Shown piece after piece: positions 16,833 to 24,209 of a stretch of 24,813 nucleotides of DNA. How positions within the stretch are numbered: the first letter of the stretch is position 1; every line of letters begins with the position of its first letter. The DNA comes from a virus. Its lineage: Duplodnaviria > Caudoviricetes. The translations under genes were made by a program, and so were the position numbers. The notes under the pieces are model-generated. The model searched no databases. It had not been told where the DNA came from and worked only from the letters and a program-made list of their open reading frames with translations. Location of the stretch: positions 1-24,813 of the IMG/VR virus record IMGVR_UViG_3300037631_001479. The stretch is one strand, 5' to 3'.

Positions 16833-16883
16833 GCATAAAAAGTATTTATTTGCGTTTTTATTTACAGGTGATAATCTGCCGCC

Positions 16884-17327
16884 ATGTATAAGGTAGAGAT
16901 AGAAGTATCAGGACAGCCGCAGGGCAAGGGCAGACCGCGTTTTACGCGCACTGGACACGCTTATACGCCACCAAGGACTGCTGAGTATGAACAGCGAATT
17001 AGGGCGGCTGCGTGGGCTGAAATGCAGCGTCACAACTTAGACCCCACCGACAGGCCAGTAGCGGTTGATGTCATAGCGTTTATGAATATCCCGAAGTCTT
17101 GGACTAAGAAGAAAAAGCTAGAGGCTGAATATGGTGCGATAAGTGCTGTTGGTAAGCCTGACCTAGATAATATCGCAAAGGCAGCTCTAGACGGTATTGC
17201 AGGCGACACAGGCGTTATCTTTGACGATACCCAGGTAGTAAGCCTCAAATGCAAAAAGACGTTCTGTCACCCTGATCGTGGGCCTGTTCTCTACATATCA
17301 GTGTCTTGGACTGAGCCAGAGGAATAA
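16884..17327 (+). CDS. rusA: RusA-family Holliday junction resolvase
   Basis: G.PQGKGRPRF, YTP..T, KPDLDNIAKAALDG and DDTQVV motifs. Confidence 0.9.
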   Translation: MYKVEIEVSGQPQGKGRPRFTRTGHAYTPPRTAEYEQRIRAAAWAEMQRHNLDPTDRPVAVDVIAFMNIPKSWTKKKKLEAEYGAISAVGKPDLDNIAKAALDGIAGDTGVIFDDTQVVSLKCKKTFCHPDRGPVLYISVSWTEPEE

Positions 17328-17623
17328 GACCAATCAGGGCCGTATTTTTCACGCCATTCTAGCGGCGATTTGTGGATAGCCAATTTGCTACTGTCCCATA
17401 AACCTTGGTGATGACCTTCGCAAAGCGGGATCGCAGTTTCATCAGATCGTTTTCTAGTTCCGTGGCGATCATGTATAGGGTGATGGGCTGTTGTTGGTGA
17501 TCGTTGGATTTCGCCAAACTTGCGACAAACGCAGCAAGGTTTTTCCCGAACTTCTTGAAGGTATTTTTCATTCTTCTTTGCTTTCGGTTGTTTCTGGTAT
17601 GGCTTCCGACCCGTCAGGTTCAT
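17291..17623 (-). CDS. Zn-binding HNH-like nuclease (Ref/DUF968-like)
   Basis: YL..VR..PCCVC, AHH and IPLCEGHH motifs. Confidence 0.7.
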   Translation of the reverse strand: MNLTGRKPYQKQPKAKKNEKYLQEVREKPCCVCRKFGEIQRSPTTAHHPIHDRHGTRKRSDETAIPLCEGHHQGLWDSSKLAIHKSPLEWREKYGPDWSYSSGSVQDTDM

Positions 17624-18077
17624 TTGCTTTCCTTATTATTGTAAACACCTCACGCGGTACAAAACGGCAAACTTCAATTTCTTCTTTGTTGTTTGTTCTG
17701 TTCATGCCCATGAAAGTAACACGGTAATCTGGGATGCATTCTATGTTATTTACATCAACATAACCGATGGTTTTGCAATCATACCAGTGTACCATGAAAA
17801 GCGATGCAACACCTGTCATTTGTGTTTGTTGCTGCCCCAAGACGAGCTTTGACATCGGTATCATTATTTCTTTGAGGTTGTCGTATCGGTAATTCACAAT
17901 CCTCATTTCTATAAACACGCGCGGTTTTTGGCTCTCCTTTGCTCTAGCGACAGCATCATAAATACTAAACTTGCGCTGTAATTTGCATACGCAATTCCAG
18001 TGTTGTGAAACAAAGTCTGCTAATTCTTGCTCGCGCCGTTCATGTTCTTTAGTCACCTGATATTGGGTCATAACCAA
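17568..18077 (-). CDS. Putative PD-(D/E)xK-type nuclease
   Basis: N-terminal E-containing helix, then IYDAV...VFIEMR, resembling a restriction-endonuclease-like core. Confidence 0.5.
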   Translation of the reverse strand: MVMTQYQVTKEHERREQELADFVSQHWNCVCKLQRKFSIYDAVARAKESQKPRVFIEMRIVNYRYDNLKEIMIPMSKLVLGQQQTQMTGVASLFMVHWYDCKTIGYVDVNNIECIPDYRVTFMGMNRTNNKEEIEVCRFVPREVFTIIRKANEPDGSEAIPETTESKEE

Positions 18078-18462
18078 GTGTCTCCGCTAATTTAGCCATA
18101 GCCATTTCAAAGTAGCTGTTAAATTCGTCTTGCTCCATATCGTCAAAGCTAATGCTGTCTATGACGCGCATATGGCAACCCGCTAGGTTATTCCAACGCA
18201 TCTTTATATACCCACACGCCCACTTTAAATCGTTGTGCAAGTGATCGTCCGTGGGCCACTTTCCAGTAGCCTCACGCACTTTGCGCAGCGTTGCCCAATA
18301 CAAGTTATGTTGTGGGTTGGAACGCTTCTTTGTTTTCTGCATGTTGAAAACGGTGCCTTGTGAGCAATCTTCTAGCTGTATTGCATCGTATTCCGTTAGT
18401 GGAACCAAAGCACCCTCAACCTTCATCACTTGTATCTTACCACTGGCCATTTTTCCATTCAC
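18049..18462 (-). CDS. NinB/DUF1367-like recombination-associated protein
   Basis: KRSNPQHNLYWA and SISFDDMEQDEF..YFE motifs. Confidence 0.65.
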   Translation of the reverse strand: MNGKMASGKIQVMKVEGALVPLTEYDAIQLEDCSQGTVFNMQKTKKRSNPQHNLYWATLRKVREATGKWPTDDHLHNDLKWACGYIKMRWNNLAGCHMRVIDSISFDDMEQDEFNSYFEMAMAKLAETLGYDPISGD

Positions 18463-19282
18463 TCACTACCCTATTCACCTCTTGTTTTATCTCGTTGCGA
18501 AAGCCGCCGTATATTCTAAGAGTTTGTGCTTTATTGTAGTTAAGGAACATAAACATGCCGCGCATAAACCACTCGTTATTCATAGATCGTCCATCTTGAA
18601 TTGGAAAACCCTCTGAAAATTGCCTCATCATTTCGGTCATTAAAGGTGTAAAATCTTTTACGCTGTAACTACCAAGTGCCTGGTATTGTTCTGCTGCAAC
18701 GTTAAAATTTGCGCCTATTGCCGTTGCCATGCAAAATGCAGCCCGAAACGGTGCTGATCTAACGGCTTTTGTTTTTGGCTTTATTTCTTCGTGAATAAAT
18801 TTGCTGGCTTCCATTAGGTGACTATCTGCCACTTGCAAAATATCAGATGCTACTGGTTTTGCAGTTCCTGTGCATCTTAATATGTATTGTATGGGCTGCA
18901 CTACTGGTGAAGGTAGCCGCAGAATATCTGCATTTGTTCTTAGCTTTCCTTGGTCTAAAATCTTGAATATTTCGTCAGCATGATCTGCGACAGCAAAAAT
19001 CATTTGTTGGTCTACTTCGCTATCTACAATAGCCTCTAACCTATGTTGCCCATCCACTATGTTTCCGTCTTTTCTAAATATTAAAGCACATGGTGTTTTT
19101 ACCCATCTTCCAAGTTGCATCTGCAACGACATATGTTTCATATGCATATTAGAAACACGTCTATTGCCTTCGTTTTTACGCAAAAAATCTCTGGCGAACA
19201 TTGGCGTAATGGTCATTTCGTAATAAGCAAATTCATCTGTTTTACCTATTAGCTTTGCTTCTCTTGGTGGAAAGTTTTTCAT
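18437..19282 (-). CDS. ParB/Srx-like N-terminal domain protein
   Basis: ITP..A..FL..NEGNRRV, M..GRW and IVDGQHRLEAI motifs; AAGG RBS. Confidence 0.75.
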   Translation of the reverse strand: MKNFPPREAKLIGKTDEFAYYEMTITPMFARDFLRKNEGNRRVSNMHMKHMSLQMQLGRWVKTPCALIFRKDGNIVDGQHRLEAIVDSEVDQQMIFAVADHADEIFKILDQGKLRTNADILRLPSPVVQPIQYILRCTGTAKPVASDILQVADSHLMEASKFIHEEIKPKTKAVRSAPFRAAFCMATAIGANFNVAAEQYQALGSYSVKDFTPLMTEMMRQFSEGFPIQDGRSMNNEWFMRGMFMFLNYNKAQTLRIYGGFRNEIKQEVNRVVSEWKNGQW

Positions 19283-19385
19283 TGTTTTACCTTACTTTTG
19301 CTTTGTTTAGTGGGGGATTTACAGAACCCTTCCCCCAGAGGGCGCTCCGACATGGGTGGCTTGTGAACACCCACCTCGTCTGTTC

Positions 19386-19763
19386 CTAAAATGGTATTTC
19401 GTCCGATAACTCGTTTGACAGGTTTGCGCCTTCTGGCATCCGTTCATGTTCGGTATGCTTCACATCGCTTTTGGGTGGGCCTGCAAACTCTACCTGGTTT
19501 GCGCTGATGTTATAGTAAGTGGTTTTTTTGCCGCCATACTCTTTTTCATCTATACTGAGCTGTCCGCTAACAACTACTTTGCGTCCTTTTTTGATGTGGT
19601 CGGCAAGTTTGGTGTTGTAGTAATTGCAGCTAAACCAGTCTGTCCCCGCATCGCGGCTATAGCCCTTGTTAACCGCGACAGAAAAGGTGATAAACTCCCC
19701 TCTCTGGTTCTGACGAATTTCACTGTCTTTACCGACAGTCCCGACAATCGTGATAACTTTCAT
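19386..19763 (-). CDS. ssb: Single-stranded DNA-binding protein
   Basis: OB-fold pattern (G.VGKD.E, FSVAVN, TDWF, KKG.KVVVSG.L) and acidic DEIPF C-terminus. Confidence 0.92.
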   Translation of the reverse strand: MKVITIVGTVGKDSEIRQNQRGEFITFSVAVNKGYSRDAGTDWFSCNYYNTKLADHIKKGRKVVVSGQLSIDEKEYGGKKTTYYNISANQVEFAGPPKSDVKHTEHERMPEGANLSNELSDEIPF

Positions 19764-20353
19764 ATCATTAACTCCACTTTTCTTTTTTCGTGTGCTTCTA
19801 AAACTTGTTCATATTGTGCCTCTGTTAGATCAGGGCTGTTGATGATTTTGGTGTATTTGCTCTCCGCTTTGTCAAACTGTTCTTGGGTGCAGTTTTCATA
19901 GAAGGTTAGCATAGCGTCTACGCGGTCATCTAAGTTAAGCGTCATTGAGGGCGTGGCTTCTTTTGGCTTTGCAGCTTTGAAATCGTCTGCTTCTTCCTCT
20001 GAGTAAACATCGCCGTGCAAGCCTACCAGTTTAAGTATTACCCGATCCTTGGCGCGTTTCTCTGCCATAGCGAAGGGGTAACTGTTTTTGTTGTTGTATG
20101 GTGCCGCTTCGCCAATAGACCACTCTGTAGCCTCTGCCATGTGGCCTGTTACACATATAACCGCCTCTTTAGCGGCTACGTCACATGCTATGATCTGCGG
20201 TTGGTCAAATACAATGTTGTGGTGCGCGGCTATCTTTTCCAAAGCCTTGTGCAATACAACTGGTGTTCCGTGGCAATCCCAAACCGCTTGGCGTTCTGTT
20301 AAGCCAATGTCTTTTAGGATTTCTTGCAAACGTGCGGGTAGTTTCTTAGCCAT
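19760..20353 (-). CDS. Putative single-strand annealing recombinase (Rad52/Sak-like)
   Basis: YPFAMAEKRAKDRVILK...DVYSEEE core; directly upstream of ssb, the usual position of phage annealing proteins. Confidence 0.55.
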   Translation of the reverse strand: MAKKLPARLQEILKDIGLTERQAVWDCHGTPVVLHKALEKIAAHHNIVFDQPQIIACDVAAKEAVICVTGHMAEATEWSIGEAAPYNNKNSYPFAMAEKRAKDRVILKLVGLHGDVYSEEEADDFKAAKPKEATPSMTLNLDDRVDAMLTFYENCTQEQFDKAESKYTKIINSPDLTEAQYEQVLEAHEKRKVELMI

Positions 20354-20532
20354 TATTTCATCGCCTCTTTTAATGCATCGTGTTCTTTGTTTGCTTGTGA
20401 AATGCCTTCGTCAATAGCGTTCATTGCAAGCACAACGTCTGATGATAACATGCTGTTTTGCGCTGCTACCAAGCAAAGTTGTTTATATATAGCTGCTTTA
20501 ATAGCCAATGGTGTTGGGTGTTCATGTGTCAT
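20353..20532 (-). CDS. Hypothetical protein (59 aa), not in the ORF track
   Basis: GAGGT RBS; MTHEHPTPLAIKAAIYKQ...KEAMK; TAATG coupling to the recombinase gene. Confidence 0.75.
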   Translation of the reverse strand: MTHEHPTPLAIKAAIYKQLCLVAAQNSMLSSDVVLAMNAIDEGISQANKEHDALKEAMK

Positions 20533-20558
20533 TGTTTACCTCATTTATTGCTATTTAC

Positions 20559-20594
20559 TGTTTACATAATTATTTTTAACCTGTAAAGCATAAA
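20559..20594. promoter_or_regulatory. Divergent control region with inverted TTTACA-N15-TGTAAA boxes
   Basis: AT-rich gap between divergent operons; TTTACA 20561-20566 and TGTAAA 20582-20587. Confidence 0.55.
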
Positions 20595-20620
20595 TATACA
20601 AATTGTTAATGAGGATGATA

Positions 20621-20806
20621 ATGGAAAAGAAAACAATGTTACGCGCAGATGAAATACGCCGCCGATTGCGTGACCGTAATTTATCGGCTGTAGCGCGTGA
20701 GGCTAAAATATCGCGTCCTGTTTTATACCAGATTATGCGTGAGGATACCGACCCACGTTATAGCACTGTGGAACGGTTATCGGATTACTTAGAGGATTTG
20801 TCATGA
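20621..20806 (+). CDS. Cro-like HTH (XRE) transcriptional regulator
   Basis: GAGG RBS before ATG 20621; LSAVAREAKISRPVLYQI...DPRYSTVERL. Confidence 0.85.
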   Translation: MEKKTMLRADEIRRRLRDRNLSAVAREAKISRPVLYQIMREDTDPRYSTVERLSDYLEDLS

Positions 20807-21051
20807 CAGTTACAAAGAACACACGCGCTGGGCAGAATGGTAAGAAGATTATTTGCACCCACTGCGGCAACATGAATACCGTTTATCACTTTTCTTGGGC
20901 AGCAATAACCTGTGGTGGTTGTGATCGTATGGTAAGCAAAGAAAATTTCTTAGACCCAGCGAATATGTCTAATTTAGCAGAACGTTGGTATAATTACACA
21001 TGCTTACATGACGGTGAAATAGTGTCGTTTGATACCTGGCTAAACCGATGA
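20803..21051 (+). CDS. Zinc-ribbon protein
   Basis: CTHC...CGGC pair around VYHFSW; ATGA overlap with the cro-like gene. Confidence 0.7.
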   Translation: MTVTKNTRAGQNGKKIICTHCGNMNTVYHFSWAAITCGGCDRMVSKENFLDPANMSNLAERWYNYTCLHDGEIVSFDTWLNR

Positions 21052-21082
21052 AAAAACCCCCAGTCAAGAGACTGAGGGCTTT
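21051..21082 (-). terminator. Terminator-like hairpin (U-tract on the minus strand, possibly bidirectional)
   Basis: Minus strand reads CCCTCAGTC-TCTT-GACTGGGGG-TTTTTT. Confidence 0.55.
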
Positions 21083-21168
21083 AGCAATAAGTAAGGATGC
21101 TGTATAATAAATGTGTAGAACCAGCGAGGTCAGAATAACAAACCTCGCCCAAATAAGAAAGGGCAAAA

Positions 21169-21810
21169 ATGTCTCATTACATGACTGCGTTAGCTATGAA
21201 GCAACAGGGTTTAAAACCATCCACAAAAATTGTGTTGTATTGGTTAGCTGATCATCATAACGGCGAAACAGGTAAATGCTTTCCTAGCATAAATCGTTTA
21301 GCTGAACTTAGCGAAATGTCTCGTAGGGCTGTGGAAGGTCATCTAGAAACCTTAGAAACTCTAGGTTTAATAAAGCGTATAAATCAATTTAGAGAAACAG
21401 GCGGCAAATCTGCAAATTCTTACATATTAGAACTTACAGGAACATATGAGAACATAAGCGATGCGCAAAATCTGCGTATGGTATGCGAAAAATCTGCGCA
21501 TGGGGATACGCAAAATCTGCGCATGAATAACCTTGGAATAAATAACCTTGGAAAAGAAACTAATAATTCATCATCTAACGATGAAGTAGATTATTATTTT
21601 GATCAGCTTTGGTCTTTGTATCCTAGAAAGGTAGGCAAGGGACAAGCGCGTAAGGCATTTAAGGCAGCTTCAAAGAAAGCAGACTTCTATGATCTACTTC
21701 CTAAGCTGATGGATTATGTGCAGACGTTAGAAGGCAAAGACAAACAATTTATACCGCACTTAGCCACATGGCTGAACGGTGAACGCTGGGAAGATGAGGT
21801 AGAAGCATGA
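21169..21810 (+). CDS. Phage replication initiator (lambda O-like architecture, N-terminal winged HTH)
   Basis: KIVLYWLADH.N...CFPSI.RLA HTH; internal iterons; C-terminal FD.LW..YPRKVGK..A...FIPH.ATWLNGERWEDE domain. Confidence 0.88.
   Translation: MSHYMTALAMKQQGLKPSTKIVLYWLADHHNGETGKCFPSINRLAELSEMSRRAVEGHLETLETLGLIKRINQFRETGGKSANSYILELTGTYENISDAQNLRMVCEKSAHGDTQNLRMNNLGINNLGKETNNSSSNDEVDYYFDQLWSLYPRKVGKGQARKAFKAASKKADFYDLLPKLMDYVQTLEGKDKQFIPHLATWLNGERWEDEVEA
21461..21553. repeat. Iteron array and AT-rich repeats: putative replication origin
   Basis: Three 20-mers ATRCGMAAAATCTGCGYATG at 21461, 21483 and 21506, then AATAACCTTGGAA at 21526 and 21541. Confidence 0.85.
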
Positions 21811-22313
21811 CACACGAAGAAAGAATTAGAGTTATTCTGGGTGAACTTATCAAGATAATGGAAGGCTATGCGGAGCCAAAACATTTAAACACCCAAAAGA
21901 AAAAAGAGGACGAAGCTAGAAACATTGTGCGGATGTTAAATCAGAAGTTTCCAAACGACACGACAGAGGATCACATTCGCGGCACAATGGATCGGGCGAT
22001 GCTAAAGCTAAAAGAGGCGCACAAGTCACGCACTTGGCCTACAGCAGCAGATATTAGCGCAGCCGTTTCAAAGTCTATGAATACGCAACGGTCAAACATC
22101 CAACCAAGCAAGGGGCCGTGGAAGCCTGACACCCTGGCACTAAACGCCAAGCGTATCATTGCAGGGGAACCAGTGGGTGAGATGTATATACGCGGTAAGT
22201 TGGCAGATAAGATGGTGCAAATGGGCTTGATAACAGACGCGCATCTACAGCCATATTTAGAATACTTGTCAGCGAATAATATCCCTGCTAGAGTTGACCC
22301 ACCTATATCATAG
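21807..22313 (+). CDS. Replication-associated protein (helicase-loader position)
   Basis: ATGA overlap with the initiator; WPTAADI motif resembling loader-type proteins. Confidence 0.55.
   Translation: MTHEERIRVILGELIKIMEGYAEPKHLNTQKKKEDEARNIVRMLNQKFPNDTTEDHIRGTMDRAMLKLKEAHKSRTWPTAADISAAVSKSMNTQRSNIQPSKGPWKPDTLALNAKRIIAGEPVGEMYIRGKLADKMVQMGLITDAHLQPYLEYLSANNIPARVDPPIS
22266..22294 (+). promoter_or_regulatory. Putative sigma70 promoter inside the 3' end of the loader-like gene
   Basis: TTGTCA-17 bp-TAGAGT with extended TGn. Confidence 0.55.
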
Positions 22314-22331
22314 GTTTGCCTCACTGAAACT

Positions 22332-22369
22332 GCCCCCTCGCGTGATCGCTCCGCAGGGGGTGTTTTTTT
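22332..22369 (+). terminator. Rho-independent terminator
   Basis: GCCCCCT(C)GCG...CGCAGGGGGT followed by GTTTTTTT. Confidence 0.75.
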
Positions 22370-22394
22370 GCCTAGAAGTGTGTTACTTTCTCAG

Positions 22395-22498
22395 CAAGAG
22401 CCGACCTCTCTCCCTCCCTGTTGGTCGTATGTAGCTCCATACATTTGGCTCTCCTCACTGACCCCCTGGACGCGGGCATGTTCGGGGGGTCTTTATTT
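22395..22498 (+). ncRNA. Candidate structured small RNA with C/U-rich loops and its own terminator
   Basis: Outer stem AGAGC(C)/(G)GCTCT enclosing CGACC/GGTCG and ATGTA/TACAT hairpins; terminator GACCCCC...GGGGGGTC-TTTATTT; TGTTACTTT extended -10 at 22381-22389. Confidence 0.5.
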
Positions 22499-22548
22499 CC
22501 TAAAAGAAAACCTTTATATTATTTACAAATCACATAGAGGGCGCACCC

Positions 22549-23868
22549 ATGAAAGATGGACGGTCTTGGCCTGCGGATAAGGTTGAGCGTAGAAACATAA
22601 AAACCATTATCCCTTACGCAAGGAACAGTCGCACCCACAGCGACGAGCAAGTGGCGCAGATAGCCGCAAGCATCAAAGAGTGGGGATTTACCAACCCGAT
22701 CCTGGTTGACGTAGATGGCGAGATCATCGCAGGACATGGACGTTTACTCGCAGCACAAAAGCTAGGTTTAGACGAAGTTCCATGCATTACGGCTGTTGGT
22801 TGGTCGGATGCACAAAAGAAAGCCTATGTCATAGCAGATAACAAACTGGCCCTAAACGCAGGGTGGGACGATAGTTTGCTAAAAATAGAGTTTAAAGAAC
22901 TTACAGACTTAAATTTTGACGTAAAATTAACTGGTTTTAGCTTAGAAGAATTATCAGATTTATTTGCAGAAGAAGGTAATAAATACGAAGATGGCAAACC
23001 TGGAAGCATGGCGCAAAACTATGGGGAGCCACCTTTCAGCGTATTAGACACACGCAAGGCATCTTGGTTAGAGCAAAAACGCGCGTGGCGCACATTAATT
23101 GGCGACGATGGCGAAACAAGGGAAGATACGCTTGCAAACGGTGGAATGCTTGGCGATGTCAACAATGGCGTAAGTTTACTTGATCCTGTCTTAGCAGAAA
23201 TTGTAGTGCATTGGTTTGGTATCAAAAACGGTTTGGTTTTTGATCCATTCGCAGGGGATACTGTGTTTGGTTTTGTAGCTGGCACAAAAGGCATGACATT
23301 TCAGGGCATAGAACTACGCCAAGAGCAGGCTAAATTAAATCAACAGCGATGCGATGAAGCAAAACTTTCTTGTGTTTACTATAACGACACAAGCGAAAAC
23401 ATGGATAAATATATAGAAGATAACAGCGTTGATTTAGTGTTCAGTTGTCCGCCATATGCCGATTTGGAAGTATATAGCGACGATCCAAAAGATTTAAGCA
23501 ACATGAGCCACGACGATTTTTTCCAAGTCTATAAGCGCATTTTGCAAAATACCTACGCCAAACTTAAAGACAATAGGTTTGCGGTTATAGTAATGGGCGA
23601 AGTGCGAGGCAAAAAGGGAAGTTATATTGGCACAATACCCAAAACAATAGAGATAATGGAAGGGGCGGGATATAGATATTACAACGAAATAGTTTTGATA
23701 AATAGCGCAGGCACTTTACCGTTACGCGCTGGCAAAGCTATGCAGGCCACTAGGAAAGTCGGCAAAATGCATCAAAATGTGTTAGTATTTGTTAAAGGAA
23801 ACCCCAAAACAGCAGCAGAAGATTTAGGTGAAATAAAAGTAGACTTAGGGGAAAGCGATGCAAACTAA
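22549..23868 (+). CDS. ParB/Srx N-terminal domain fused to an amino (N6A/N4C)-type DNA methyltransferase domain
   Basis: PYARNSRTH, WGFTNPILVD and IIAGHGRLLAA (ParB); DPFAGDTVFG (motif I), GIELR and FSCPPY (motif IV). Confidence 0.88.
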   Translation: MKDGRSWPADKVERRNIKTIIPYARNSRTHSDEQVAQIAASIKEWGFTNPILVDVDGEIIAGHGRLLAAQKLGLDEVPCITAVGWSDAQKKAYVIADNKLALNAGWDDSLLKIEFKELTDLNFDVKLTGFSLEELSDLFAEEGNKYEDGKPGSMAQNYGEPPFSVLDTRKASWLEQKRAWRTLIGDDGETREDTLANGGMLGDVNNGVSLLDPVLAEIVVHWFGIKNGLVFDPFAGDTVFGFVAGTKGMTFQGIELRQEQAKLNQQRCDEAKLSCVYYNDTSENMDKYIEDNSVDLVFSCPPYADLEVYSDDPKDLSNMSHDDFFQVYKRILQNTYAKLKDNRFAVIVMGEVRGKKGSYIGTIPKTIEIMEGAGYRYYNEIVLINSAGTLPLRAGKAMQATRKVGKMHQNVLVFVKGNPKTAAEDLGEIKVDLGESDAN

Positions 23869-24199
23869 GGGGCAGCATGTAACAGCCGATGTTTGGTGCG
23901 ACGAGTATGATTACACAAACGCAGAATATTTGTGCGCAACCTTGGCTGAATGCATCGCAGCAAGTGGCCTTACCATACTTGGTTACAAGTTGCATGAGTT
24001 TAATAAACAGGGTGCTTTTACTTGTGTTTGGGTTCTTGGTGAAAGCCATTTTAGCATACACACGTTTCCAGAGCGCAATTTCTTTAGCATGGATTGCTAT
24101 ACTTGCGGTGAAAACGGTAAACCCCTGCAAGCTATTGCAGAGGCTTTAAGTTATTTTGACGTTAAGGAAAGTAAAATAAGGTTAATAGAGCGTGGCTAA
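23858..24199 (+). CDS. speD: Pyruvoyl-dependent S-adenosylmethionine decarboxylase proenzyme (SpeD/SpeH class 1B-like)
   Basis: G.H..AD, LGESHFSIHTFPE (self-cleavage at E62/S63) and DCYTCG motifs. Confidence 0.88.
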   Translation: MQTKGQHVTADVWCDEYDYTNAEYLCATLAECIAASGLTILGYKLHEFNKQGAFTCVWVLGESHFSIHTFPERNFFSMDCYTCGENGKPLQAIAEALSYFDVKESKIRLIERG

Positions 24200-24209
24200 C
24201 GGTTTTTTA

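Noticed and set aside
19446-20569. Plus-strand ORFs 19446-19901, 20015-20302, 20088-20417 and 20387-20569
   Set aside because: They are antisense shadows of ssb, the recombinase and the 59-aa gene.
21461-21553. Repeats considered as a CRISPR array
   Set aside because: Spacers are only 2-3 bp and the array lies inside a replication initiator, which fits iterons.
22368-22580. 70-aa plus-strand ORF across the intergenic region
   Set aside because: Its TTG start lies inside a terminator U-tract with no RBS; the region is better explained by RNA structure.
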